Virus record (IMG/VR): IMGVR_UViG_3300036987_000538 | Location: 2,877 to 66,876 of that record | Direction: 5' to 3' (one strand) | Length of the DNA: 64,000 bases | DNA from: a virus | Part shown: piece after piece, positions 36,191 to 45,362 of the stretch | Layout of the letters: each line of letters starts with the position of its first letter | Numbering within the stretch: the stretch's first letter is position 1 | Program-made: the position numbers and the translations under genes | Notes under the pieces: generated by a model | Database searches by the model: none | The model's input: the letters and a program-made list of their open reading frames with translations, nothing else | Told to the model about the DNA's origin: nothing

Positions 36191-37993
36191 TTAAGGGTGG
36201 TTGGGGTTGGGTTTGTCGGATGGCGGGGCCGGCGGTACGGCGCCGGTCGAAACAACGCGGTGGCGTGCCGCGGCGCGCTCGGCGAGCAGGGCATCCACAC
36301 GCTTGTCGGTGATGCCGTTAGCGACCGACTGGCGTAGCTGCTTGAGCTGCATGACGGAGTCGGTGACGACGCCCGTCAGCTTGTCGACCGCGGCGCCTAG
36401 TTCCTGCCGGGTCTGCGCATCGGCGTGCCCGAGGGCGGTCGTGGCGGCGACGAGGCCGGCATCAAGGTCGGTAATGTCGTTCGTGTGCTGCGCGCTCGTG
36501 AGAATCAGCCCGCCGATCTGCTGTGATTGATCGCTGACGCTGCGCACCAGTCGACCAAGCACTTCTGCGTTGTTCGTGAGCAATGCGTCAGCTGCGTTCA
36601 CGCGCTCGACGGCGGCGTGCAGCGCGTCAAGGTTGGGTAGTTCGGCCGCAGCGGGGAGTGAGTCGAGGCGACTGATAGCGGATTGGGCTTTGGACTCAAC
36701 TGACGCGATTGCCTCAGCACCGCGGCCTTCGAGCCCCCGGACGTACGAGGAGAGCTGCTCGACCACACGGCTGGATTCGGTGATGCGCGAGCCGAGCACC
36801 TTGGAGACGTCGTCGACCTTCTTACCAATCGCCTCAAGCTCGCGGTCGGAACGCTGGGCGTGAGCTGCGATGTTGCGCGACAGCGCGACTGCCGCAGCGT
36901 CTGCGCCGGTGGCCTTGTCTGCCACAGCCTGCAGCTTGGCTTCCCACGCGCCGGTGGCGCCGCTCAGCGTATTAGCAGCGCGCTGCGCTGCCTCAGCGGC
37001 CTGCATAGCGCGCTCTGCGCCCTCCTGCACGGCGGGCAGCGCGCGATTGACGAGGTCTGCCGCTTCGTACACGCGGTCGATGTTGGCGAGCTTGGAATTG
37101 GCGTCGGCGATCCACTCGTCGACTTGGTTGTAGCTCGCGGCCATCGCAGTCAGGCCACTGTGGGCTGTGTTCACGCGCTCGGCAAGGCGAACAATCTCGG
37201 CGCTGTTTTTGGTGACTACGCCGCTCAGCTGCTGCAGGCGATCAGCCGATGCAGCGTTGGATAGGTGCTGCTGCGCGACGGAAATGTTGCCCTCAGCTGC
37301 TTCGAGGCGCTTGCGCAGCTCAACGACGGCGTCGGTGTTGGTCGCCACGGCTTGGTGCGCCGTCTCGATCTTGTCGTTCAGCTGCTGCGCGGCTGCAGAG
37401 ATCTTTTCGGCAGTATCGACGCGCGACTGCAGTGCGAGAATTGCCTGCTGCACGACTTCAAAAGCGCCCTTGGTGGCGGTCACATTCTCGTCGTGGCGTT
37501 TGACGTGGTCGGAATACGTCCGGCCGTTGTCACGCGCGGCGCCATCCTGCTGCTCAGCGATGCGGTCCATGCGCTCGGCGATTGCCGTTAGCTGTGCCGT
37601 CAGGGCGTTGAACGCCTTGCGAGCGCGGTCGTCGGATTCGGCGATTTCCTCGCGCAGCTGCCGGCGAAGCGACGCCAGCTCAAGCGTCTGGTTGCCGCTC
37701 GTGTCAGTCTCGTTCAAAGCCGAACTCCTGTTGGCCATCGAAAAAGTCTCGCTGCGCATCGCGGTAACCACCTTGGGCAGCGGGTCCGCAGCATCCATTG
37801 CAGGCACTTCGGTCACGCCCGGCGTCCGGCCGGCGCGTTTCAGCGCCATTGCTGCCAAATCGGTCGTGTGCTCGTGACCGCGCTTCATCGCCCGAACCAT
37901 CGAAAGCAGCTCGGCATGACGCTTGGTCATCGCCAAAAAGCCCACAATCGCGCAACCGGCCAACGCGAACGCAATCCATGACGCGTAATCCAT
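36191..37993 (-). CDS. membrane-anchored long coiled-coil protein (600 aa)
   Basis: N-terminal TM WIAFALAGCAIVGFLAM; about 500 aa Ala/Gln/Glu helical heptad-like sequence. Confidence 0.4.
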   Translation of the reverse strand: MDYASWIAFALAGCAIVGFLAMTKRHAELLSMVRAMKRGHEHTTDLAAMALKRAGRTPGVTEVPAMDAADPLPKVVTAMRSETFSMANRSSALNETDTSGNQTLELASLRRQLREEIAESDDRARKAFNALTAQLTAIAERMDRIAEQQDGAARDNGRTYSDHVKRHDENVTATKGAFEVVQQAILALQSRVDTAEKISAAAQQLNDKIETAHQAVATNTDAVVELRKRLEAAEGNISVAQQHLSNAASADRLQQLSGVVTKNSAEIVRLAERVNTAHSGLTAMAASYNQVDEWIADANSKLANIDRVYEAADLVNRALPAVQEGAERAMQAAEAAQRAANTLSGATGAWEAKLQAVADKATGADAAAVALSRNIAAHAQRSDRELEAIGKKVDDVSKVLGSRITESSRVVEQLSSYVRGLEGRGAEAIASVESKAQSAISRLDSLPAAAELPNLDALHAAVERVNAADALLTNNAEVLGRLVRSVSDQSQQIGGLILTSAQHTNDITDLDAGLVAATTALGHADAQTRQELGAAVDKLTGVVTDSVMQLKQLRQSVANGITDKRVDALLAERAAARHRVVSTGAVPPAPPSDKPNPNHP

Positions 37994-38033
37994 GCCTTCA
38001 GTCCCCCATATTCTACACTGTGCGCCTAGCCGT

Positions 38034-38921
38034 TTAGGCGGCGACAGCCGCCGCGCGCGGATGCGCCTTTTCGTACGTTTCCATCAGCCGGTCGGTGGCC
38101 ACGTGCGCGTAAATCGCCGTGGTGCTCACCGACTCGTGGCCGAGCAATTCCTTGATGTCGATCAGCGATGCGCCCGCGTTCAGCAGCTGCGTGGCAAAGC
38201 TATGCCGGAGGCTGTGGGGCGACGCGTCGGCTGGGAGCCCAAGCCGCTTGGCGTAGCTCGCAAAGATGCGCCGCACGTCGCGATCGACCAGCGGCACCAG
38301 ATTTTCGGACACGAAAAGGGGGTGCTCGTCGGCGAGATCCGCGGTCGGCAGCGCCACGAGGTAGGCGTCGATCGCGTCCCAGGCCGCGGGCAGCACCGGC
38401 ACCAGACGTTCCTTGTTGCCCTTGCCCCACACGCGGACCACGTCGCGACGCTCGCCGGCATCGGCGATGGTCAGCTTGAGCGCTTCGCCGACGCGCAGGC
38501 CGGTCGCCCACATAAGCGTGAGCAGCGCCTCGTCACGTTTCCCGAGCCAGCCGTTGCGATGCGAAGCTGCCGCAATCAGCTCAAAGCACTGGTCGATCGT
38601 GAGCGCGCGCGGTAGGCGGGAGTTGGCTTTGACTTTCGGGCCGCGCACGGTGCGCAGGGCCTCGATGGCGGCGCTATCGTTGGCGCACCACTTGTAAAAC
38701 GATTTGAGGGCGGCGAGCAGCACGTTGACGGACTTGTCGCCGAGGCCACGCGTGCGAGCGTGCTTGACGACTGCGCGCACGTCCTTGGCACTCATGACGT
38801 CGGGCGGCAGCAGCAGGTCTGCGACCAGCATAAGCTGCCCGGCGTACGCAGTAACAGATGTTACAGCCAGCAGATCTTGCTGGCGCATGTGCTGCTGCCA
38901 AGCCTCGATCGCGGCGCGCAT
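38034..38921 (-). CDS. XerC/XerD-like tyrosine recombinase
   Basis: ATGLRVGEALKL, HSLRHSFAT, LLGHESVSTTAIYAHV (catalytic Y); N-terminus aligns to the XerD core-binding domain; contains an in-frame palindrome (VTSVT) at 38851-38864. Confidence 0.75.
   Translation of the reverse strand: MRAAIEAWQQHMRQQDLLAVTSVTAYAGQLMLVADLLLPPDVMSAKDVRAVVKHARTRGLGDKSVNVLLAALKSFYKWCANDSAAIEALRTVRGPKVKANSRLPRALTIDQCFELIAAASHRNGWLGKRDEALLTLMWATGLRVGEALKLTIADAGERRDVVRVWGKGNKERLVPVLPAAWDAIDAYLVALPTADLADEHPLFVSENLVPLVDRDVRRIFASYAKRLGLPADASPHSLRHSFATQLLNAGASLIDIKELLGHESVSTTAIYAHVATDRLMETYEKAHPRAAAVAA
38851..38864. repeat. motif A GTAACAGATGTTAC, inside the xerC-like gene
   Basis: in frame, encodes VTSVT. Confidence 0.8.
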
Positions 38922-39535
38922 CAGAAATGCTCCTCAGCGTTGTCACCGTCGATGGGGGTGACGTTGCCGACGAACGCACCGAGGCGCGTGCCCTTGCCTT
39001 GCGCGTCGAGCAGAATATCCACGTATTCGACGTCGTCCCAGGTGATCGTTGTCCCAACCACGACGCCGGTGCATCCGTGATAGTAGGGATGCTCGAAAGT
39101 GTCGTTGATGCGCACGCGGCGCCCGACGAGCGGGTCCGGCCTCTCTGCCTCGTTGCTGGTCACAGCAACCGGCATGTAGTCCTGCACGGTGTACTTGCCG
39201 TACTGCCGCTCGGGGCCGACAGGCACCATTTCCGGCTGCACCAGCTCCGCCCACTGCTCGGGCGCGGCGTCTTGGATCAGCTCGCCGCTCTTGTTGAATG
39301 CGTCGTACGCGGCGAGGCGTGTGAGGCGGTCGAGCAGCGGGTTGTGCTCGGCTATGTTCGCGGCCATTTCCGCGCCGACGATCACACCCTGCATGGTTTT
39401 GTTGCTGGCGACCATAACGCCTTGCCACGCAACCTGCTGTATGGCTCGGTGACGTGCCAGCCAGCGAGGGCGGTAGCGCCACCACGTGGCCCAATCGGCG
39501 AGGAAGCTGGGGAGTGCGCGGGCGATGGCGAGCAT
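38921..39535 (-). CDS. hypothetical protein
   Basis: ORF. Confidence 0.35.
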   Translation of the reverse strand: MLAIARALPSFLADWATWWRYRPRWLARHRAIQQVAWQGVMVASNKTMQGVIVGAEMAANIAEHNPLLDRLTRLAAYDAFNKSGELIQDAAPEQWAELVQPEMVPVGPERQYGKYTVQDYMPVAVTSNEAERPDPLVGRRVRINDTFEHPYYHGCTGVVVGTTITWDDVEYVDILLDAQGKGTRLGAFVGNVTPIDGDNAEEHF

Positions 39536-40236
39536 CAGTCAATCACCTTGCCATGCAGGATTAGGTTGTCGGTGCCGAGCAGGACCGTCGCCGGCTTCGG
39601 GTCGGTGATGATGCGCGGAATGCCGCCTATGTGCTCTTTTTGCCCATGGTTCGTTGAACCATCGGCAGCGGGCGAGAGCGTAGGCAGGGCAAACACCGGG
39701 TGGTCGCGCGAGATGTCCCCCAGCTTTGGAGCGGCGGGCTTGGGCGGATACCAGCCGAGCAGGGCGTCGGCGACCGCGAACGACGGCACGAGAGTGCGCG
39801 GCAGGCCGAGCGCGGCGGTCAACTTGTCGAGCGATGCTGCCAGGGTGGCGCGGACGTCCTCCATGGCCGAGTGGGCGCCCTTTGCCATGGCGACTTCCGC
39901 CAGCGTTCGGCCGGTGTTCGGCTCGACGCCGACAGCGCGATCGTCCCACAGCTCGATCATCGCGTAGTCTTTGACGCAGGTCGCTTCGAGTTCGACGCCG
40001 ATGTGCTTGAGGGTCCATGCTGCGATAGCTGCTGCGACCGCGTCCCGTTCGTGGCGGCTTCCGGTCGACATGCGGGCGGTCATCACGCGGACCTCCGCGC
40101 CCGCGGCCAGCCAGGCGCGGACGCGCTCGACCATGGCCGGTATTGGGTCGCCGATATGGGCCGGGCCTTTCCAGCCATCGTACTTGGCGATCGTGCCGTC
40201 GAGGTCGACGCCGATCCAGCCTTGAGATTTGGTCAC
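39535..40236 (-). CDS. HAD-superfamily phosphatase-like protein
   Basis: HAD motif I IGVDLDGTIA; first gene of the leftward late operon. Confidence 0.45.
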   Translation of the reverse strand: MTKSQGWIGVDLDGTIAKYDGWKGPAHIGDPIPAMVERVRAWLAAGAEVRVMTARMSTGSRHERDAVAAAIAAWTLKHIGVELEATCVKDYAMIELWDDRAVGVEPNTGRTLAEVAMAKGAHSAMEDVRATLAASLDKLTAALGLPRTLVPSFAVADALLGWYPPKPAAPKLGDISRDHPVFALPTLSPAADGSTNHGQKEHIGGIPRIITDPKPATVLLGTDNLILHGKVID

Positions 40237-40754
40237 GTGCGCATTCTCCTATTTGACGATGCACACTAACTCACTTAGTGCGAGTCGTCAAAGGGAAACG
40301 AGTGCCCGGTATTTTTTGGCAAAAAAAATTTTCGGGGAGCTGGTTTTTCGCAGAAACGTGAGTGCGCGGGTATCAGTACCGTCCGCGGGTTCCCATGCAT
40401 GGGACCGTTTCGGGTCGACCGGGGCGGGTGTTGCCGGTGCAATGCACGCAAGGGTACCCAATCGACCGGGCCACCCCTATCGCGTGCGTCGCGCCGCCGC
40501 TCCGTTGCCTATGCCTTGCCCGTGTCCGCTAATAACGATTATGGAAAGTGTATGCGCACCAATGCCTTAGCGTCGCGGGCGGTGTGTGGATATTTCTATT
40601 TGTATGAGCACCTCGCAGTAACAGAATGTTACCGGCCTCGCCGGCATTTGCGATTCATAACTTGTTAGTGCGATTCGTACAATCCTACCTTTGCCGCAGT
40701 AAGTCCGCGGCATTCCGGCCGATAGGCCAAAACGCACCGCAAGGGGGATCTGAG
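40237..40754. promoter_or_regulatory. divergent control region between leftward and rightward operons
   Basis: about 520 bp non-coding; contains TTGACG boxes; operator-like TAGTGCGAGTCGTCAAA (40276-40292), TTTGCGATTCATAA (40647-40660) and TAGTGCGATTCGTACAAT (40666-40683); AT-only inverted repeat at 40316-40347; perfect palindrome TCCCATGCATGGGA at 40391-40404; motif A at 40618-40632. Confidence 0.6.
40618..40632. repeat. motif A (15-mer) GTAACAGAATGTTAC
   Basis: divergent control region. Confidence 0.8.
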
Positions 40755-41039
40755 ATGCAAGTCACAAAATCGCGCAATATCCAACCGGATACAACGCCGC
40801 CACGTCGCCGGCCGGTGGCGGATCATAACAAGGACAGCAATGTTGACCCATCTAGTGGCGCCATGCGCGGCCTTGATTGCACGCCACTAGAGCAGGCGCT
40901 GGTCAACACTCGCGCCGCCATGCGCGCCGCCGGCATGGTGCCACGCGTGGCCAGCGATCTAATCCCACACCCAAACGACTTGCTTATGGCTGAGCTGCGC
41001 AACGTGGAGCGCTATCTAACAATCGCATTGAAGAAATAG
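40755..41039 (+). CDS. hypothetical protein (94 aa)
   Basis: SD AAGGGGGA; first gene of the rightward early operon. Confidence 0.4.
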   Translation: MQVTKSRNIQPDTTPPRRRPVADHNKDSNVDPSSGAMRGLDCTPLEQALVNTRAAMRAAGMVPRVASDLIPHPNDLLMAELRNVERYLTIALKK

Positions 41040-41054
41040 TGCGACTCGCACTAT
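41037..41054. promoter_or_regulatory. motif B operator-like palindrome TAGTGCGACTCGCACTAT
   Basis: perfect 13-bp palindrome GTGCGACTCGCAC. Confidence 0.6.
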
Positions 41055-41087
41055 TGATAGTGGCAGACGCAAACAACGGAGACACTT

Positions 41088-41174
41088 ATGAGCATGACAA
41101 ATGACACCGCAATGGCCATCGCAGTCCTTGCCTTCGTTGTAGGCATTCTGGCGCTTTGCGGATCGCTGCCGTAA
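41088..41174 (+). CDS. tiny hydrophobic peptide (28 aa)
   Basis: ACGGAG SD; AMAIAVLAFVVGILALCG; stop overlaps the palindrome at 41171-41185. Confidence 0.3.
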   Translation: MSMTNDTAMAIAVLAFVVGILALCGSLP

Positions 41175-41185
41175 CAGAGTGTTAC
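41171..41185. repeat. motif A (15-mer) GTAACAGAGTGTTAC
   Basis: overlaps the stop of the 28-aa ORF. Confidence 0.8.
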
Positions 41186-41215
41186 TCGCTTTCTCTCTCT
41201 CAATCTCCCGTGACT

Positions 41216-41246
41216 TGGGCCGGCCTCGCAAGCCGGCCTCTTTTTT
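41216..41246 (+). terminator. rho-independent terminator
   Basis: GGCCGGC-CTCGCAA-GCCGGCC followed by TCTTTTTTTG. Confidence 0.7.
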
Positions 41247-41326
41247 TGTCTCGCCATCTTGTGCGACTCGTAAAACTCTGGCTTATTACGACTCGTCGAA
41301 ACAAACCACCGCAACGGGGAATTACA

Positions 41327-42019
41327 ATGGCCACTGCAACTAATGACGAGCTAGTACAAGGCGCGCGCGCTGCCGGTGCGCACGCCGGCACCGCGACCAA
41401 GATGCTTCAAGACGTGCTGCGCAACGCATACGCCGCCGGTCACACGTCATTTGACGGCCCGGTCATCGTGGCGATGCGTGAGGCTTACCGGGCCGAATGC
41501 GAGGCATCGGGCAAAACCAAAAACGCCGGCAGCGTGCTTTTCTCGCGTTCATGGGACGCGTTGATCGCGGACGGCTTGCCGCTTGAGCCGCGCAAGTCGG
41601 CCGGCAAGGGCCGCAACGCCGGCAAGGCAAAGGCGACCGCCAGCGCTGGCGATGCCGGCGACGGCAGCGAGGACGCGACCGCCAGCGCGACCGTCGACAA
41701 AGGCGCCATCGCTCGCAAGATGTGCGAGGACGCCGGACTCGATGGCGATCTGGTCAAGTTGCTGGCCAAGGCGTTCAAGGGGCTGGAAAAGACACTTAAG
41801 GACAAGACTCACGGCAGCGCCGCAAAAGACGCGCGGTTTGCGCTGCGCAACGCCGCCGGCAAGCTCAACAAGCTGCTAGCCGCTGCCGGTATCGAAGTCA
41901 CGGCAGAGGACGTCAAGGCCGCTGCCGACGCTGCCAAGCCCGCGGCGACGGCTAAGCCGGTCAAGGCCGTGAAAGCATCCAAGGCAACCAAGACGGAGTC
42001 GGCTGGCGCTGCCGCCTAA
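41327..42019 (+). CDS. Ala/Lys-rich protein with histone-H1-like C-tail
   Basis: 230 aa; C-terminal AKPAATAKPVKAVKASKATK; two operator motifs (41257-41273, 41284-41299) upstream. Confidence 0.35.
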   Translation: MATATNDELVQGARAAGAHAGTATKMLQDVLRNAYAAGHTSFDGPVIVAMREAYRAECEASGKTKNAGSVLFSRSWDALIADGLPLEPRKSAGKGRNAGKAKATASAGDAGDGSEDATASATVDKGAIARKMCEDAGLDGDLVKLLAKAFKGLEKTLKDKTHGSAAKDARFALRNAAGKLNKLLAAAGIEVTAEDVKAAADAAKPAATAKPVKAVKASKATKTESAGAAA

Positions 42020-42079
42020 CTCGCAAGCCCGGTGCGCATGGTGCGCATCGGGCACCACCACCCAAACGGAGATTCAGCT

Positions 42080-43264
42080 ATGTCCTACGGAAAAAGCGAT
42101 CCTTACGAGTCACTGCCGGTCATTACCGCGACGGAAGTCGGCGGCATTTTCGACGATTGTTTTAAGGACGGCCGCGACGGCAAGCAAATCGCGGTGCCCA
42201 TGCTTTACGGCGCACCCGGAATCGGCAAGTCGAGCATTATCGCTCAGTATGCCGACTCGCGTGGTTACGCCGTGCTTGACGTTCGACTCGCTCAGGTACA
42301 GCCGGAGTTCATTGCCGGCGTGCAATATCCCGACGACTCCAAGTCGTGCGCTCATACGCTCAAGCCCGACGCAATCGGCCGAGTCGAGCGGCTTTATGCT
42401 GACACCGGCAAGCCCGTGATTCTGCTTTGCGATGAGTTGACTCTCGCGTCGGCTGAGACGCTATCGGCCGCGCTTGAGCTTATTCTGGACAAGCGAGTCG
42501 CCGGCTTCAAGCTGCCGCACGCGACTCGCGTGGTCGCTGCCGGCAATCGCACGACCGACACGTCAAGCGCGGTTATTCTTGATCCGCCGGTGCGCTCGCG
42601 CTTGTGGAGCACGATTCTAGAAACGACTCCGACCGAGGTCGCGGATTACTTGCGCGACGCGTTGCCCGAGTCGCCGCTCGTGAACGCCACGCTCGCATGG
42701 CTGACCGGCAGCAATGCGCGCGCGTGGTTCGCTCGCAATCGCATGGTTGGCGACGAGGCCGTTTTCTTCACGCCACGCGGGCTTGAGCAAGGACTCCGGC
42801 TTGCCGCCGCGTATGTCAAAGGACCGGAGGATATGAAGCCGACCGGGCCGGCAGCGCTGCGCATGGTTGGCAGCGTTGGGCGGCAAGTGTGGGACGGCAT
42901 TTGCGCCTATGCGGCCGTTGCCGCGACCGTGCGCAAGCCGGAGGAAGTGCTGCGCAACCCGACCGAGCACGACGCACCCGGCACGACCGAGGGCTTCATA
43001 GCTCAGATGGGCGCGATTTACCGCCACGTGTCGGCGCTCAAGAGCAAGGCCGATCGTGGCAAAGCTGAAAAGGCTGTGGCGATCTATCTTGAGCATTGCG
43101 CCGCCGCAAATGCCGAAATGGTGCGCGTGTGGGCGACGCAATCGACCGAGGCCGCGCGGGATCTGCTCTGCAGCACAATTGCCGCGCGTCGCGTCTTAAG
43201 CGACGTCGGCGCAATCGGCGCAAACGACTTGGCCGCGCTTGCGCGGGCCGCTCGCAACGTGTAG
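42080..43264 (+). CDS. MoxR-type AAA+ ATPase
   Basis: Walker A GAPGIGKSS; Walker B ILLCDELTLAS; sensor region; AAA_5/CbbQ-like architecture. Confidence 0.6.
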   Translation: MSYGKSDPYESLPVITATEVGGIFDDCFKDGRDGKQIAVPMLYGAPGIGKSSIIAQYADSRGYAVLDVRLAQVQPEFIAGVQYPDDSKSCAHTLKPDAIGRVERLYADTGKPVILLCDELTLASAETLSAALELILDKRVAGFKLPHATRVVAAGNRTTDTSSAVILDPPVRSRLWSTILETTPTEVADYLRDALPESPLVNATLAWLTGSNARAWFARNRMVGDEAVFFTPRGLEQGLRLAAAYVKGPEDMKPTGPAALRMVGSVGRQVWDGICAYAAVAATVRKPEEVLRNPTEHDAPGTTEGFIAQMGAIYRHVSALKSKADRGKAEKAVAIYLEHCAAANAEMVRVWATQSTEAARDLLCSTIAARRVLSDVGAIGANDLAALARAARNV

Positions 43265-43277
43265 GTTGAGAGGCTAA

Positions 43278-43314
43278 TAGTGCGAGTCGCAAAACACCCA
43301 TGCGACTCGCACAA
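43278..43314. promoter_or_regulatory. two tandem motif B sites (TAGTGCGAGTCGCAAAA ; ATGCGACTCGCACAA) upstream of the vWA gene
   Basis: TGCGA-N-TCGCA palindromes 6 bp apart. Confidence 0.6.
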
Positions 43315-43337
43315 CCACCCAAACGGAGCGCACGCCT

Positions 43338-45035
43338 ATGGATATTTTCGACGAAATCGACAACGCACCGCCAGCCGATCCCATGCCGGCAGCGCTGCGC
43401 ACCGCTCGCGCGTTGCTGCCGATGCTTGATCCGTTCATGGGCGCATTTGCCGGCAACATGAAATGGAAGCCCATGACTCGCATTGCGGTTATGGCGACTA
43501 ACTGCCTGGACACGTTTTTTTATAATCCCGAGGCGATCAACAAAAATCCGAAGCTGTGGACTCCGTCGCTCCTCGCTTGCGTCATCGCCCATGAAGTCAT
43601 GCACATCTTGCGCATGGATGGCGAATTTACGCGCGACGCAAAAAACAAGCGCATCGCCAACGTCGCGCTTGATGCCGTGATCAATCGCGACTTGCTCGCT
43701 GCCGGCTGGAAATTTCCGGGGATGGCGTGGCGCGATCCGTACGTTTCTGGCGGCATGTACACCGGCGGCATGGAACATGAGCCGACCGCAATCGCGACCA
43801 AGTATCGCGACGCCACCGCGCGCGCGATTTACGATTATCTGGCGGGCCATTACGCGGCGCCAACCGAGGCCGCTCAAGAAAAGCAAGCGCTAAAGGACGA
43901 GGTCAAGCCACGCGACGAGTCCGGCGAGGACGCGACCGAGGAGTCGACCGAGGCCGGCGAGGACGCGACCGAGGACGCCGCGCGGGATCTTGCCGACAAG
44001 GTGCGCGAGCTTGCCCGCAAGGCAATGCAGGACATGGAAGCAATCAAGGCCGCGAACGAAATTGACGCGACCGAGGACGCGACCGAGGAAGCCGAGTCCA
44101 GCGATGCCGGCGAGGAGTCGAGCGACGCGACCGAGGACGACTCCGACGCTGCCGGCGAGGAAGCCGGCGAGGACGAGTCCGGCGACGCTGGCGACGATGG
44201 CGAGGCCGATGGCGACGAGTCCGGCGAGGGCGAGGACGCTGGCGACTTTTTGAGCGAGGACGATGGACTCGGCGATATGTTTGACGCTGGCGCTGGCGAC
44301 GATGGCGACGCTGCCGGCGAGGCCGATGGCGAGGCCGGCGAGGGAGACGCGAGCGGCGACGCTGGCGAGGCGCCTGCGGGGCCTAGCGTGCCGCAAGCCG
44401 GCGATGGCTGGTCACTTGAGAAAAGCGCCGCACGCGGCGCGCTTGAGGCGCTAGGCGTTTACACTCGCGCGCCTAACATCCGTTTCATGCGTGTGCTCGG
44501 CGCGAAAGTCGCCGGCATTATGCGCGGATGGCCTAAGCGCGGTCGCTCGATGCGCACGCCGCACGCTCTGTCACGCGAGTATGGGCGCCTTATGCCGGGG
44601 CCGCGCAACATCCGGCAATATCACGTTGCGATTGCCATCGACGCGTCCGGCTCAATCTCTCATGAGATCCTGCAAAAGTTTACAGCGGCAGCGCACGCAT
44701 GGGCGCGCAAGTTTGCCCGGCAGTCTGACATCCACATCGCCTACTATGACACCGCGATTATGAAGGCCGGCCCGATTAGCGATTTCATGCGCGACGGGGC
44801 CGTCCCTGAGCCCGGCGGCGGCACGGATTACCGGCCGGCGTTCGACGCTGGCGGATGGCTGGAATCGCTGCCGGTGCGGCCGACTCACGTGCTCCACTTT
44901 ACCGACCTGCATATTCCACAGCACGCGTGGCCGGCTGAGCCCGACCGCATGCACGTAATTCACATTGTGCCGGAGAATTGCGCCTCGTTGTTCTGCCCAT
45001 GGGGCGACGTGGTGCCCATGCCGACCGAGGACTAA
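43338..45035 (+). CDS. vWA (MIDAS) protein with N-terminal HExxH putative metallopeptidase domain (DUF2201-like), partner of the MoxR ATPase
   Basis: HEVMHIL zinc-binding motif; DASGSIS MIDAS; about 180-aa central D/E/G/A low-complexity acidic linker. Confidence 0.55.
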   Translation: MDIFDEIDNAPPADPMPAALRTARALLPMLDPFMGAFAGNMKWKPMTRIAVMATNCLDTFFYNPEAINKNPKLWTPSLLACVIAHEVMHILRMDGEFTRDAKNKRIANVALDAVINRDLLAAGWKFPGMAWRDPYVSGGMYTGGMEHEPTAIATKYRDATARAIYDYLAGHYAAPTEAAQEKQALKDEVKPRDESGEDATEESTEAGEDATEDAARDLADKVRELARKAMQDMEAIKAANEIDATEDATEEAESSDAGEESSDATEDDSDAAGEEAGEDESGDAGDDGEADGDESGEGEDAGDFLSEDDGLGDMFDAGAGDDGDAAGEADGEAGEGDASGDAGEAPAGPSVPQAGDGWSLEKSAARGALEALGVYTRAPNIRFMRVLGAKVAGIMRGWPKRGRSMRTPHALSREYGRLMPGPRNIRQYHVAIAIDASGSISHEILQKFTAAAHAWARKFARQSDIHIAYYDTAIMKAGPISDFMRDGAVPEPGGGTDYRPAFDAGGWLESLPVRPTHVLHFTDLHIPQHAWPAEPDRMHVIHIVPENCASLFCPWGDVVPMPTED

Positions 45036-45077
45036 GCCGCGCTTTTTACCAAACGCAAAACGATAGGACGCAACACA

Positions 45078-45362
45078 ATGTCGATGGAAATAGTCCGCGC
45101 ACTAGGCGCGGTCGCGGCGACACTAGAGAGACTCCGCGACGCGGCAGAAAAGCGCGGCGTCGGTCAAAAGCGATTGATCGCAATCGACGTCGCAGCGCTC
45201 GCACTCTGTGACACCGCGCTAGGCATCGCTGGCGACGTCGCCACGCGTGGCGCGGCGTCGGTCCCGAGCGGCGACATTCGCGGCGCTATCATGCGCGCGG
45301 CCAAGCGCGGCGCTAAGGCCGGCGGCAAGCGCACCAACCCAAAGGGTGCGCGCCATGCTTGA
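45078..45362 (+). CDS. hypothetical protein
   Basis: ORF. Confidence 0.3.
   Translation: MSMEIVRALGAVAATLERLRDAAEKRGVGQKRLIAIDVAALALCDTALGIAGDVATRGAASVPSGDIRGAIMRAAKRGAKAGGKRTNPKGARHA

Noticed and set aside
40316-40347. AT-only inverted repeat as a bidirectional terminator
   Set aside because: The stem would be all A-U and unstable. It is more plausibly a bent, IHF or UP-element-like region. Kept only as part of the control-region description.
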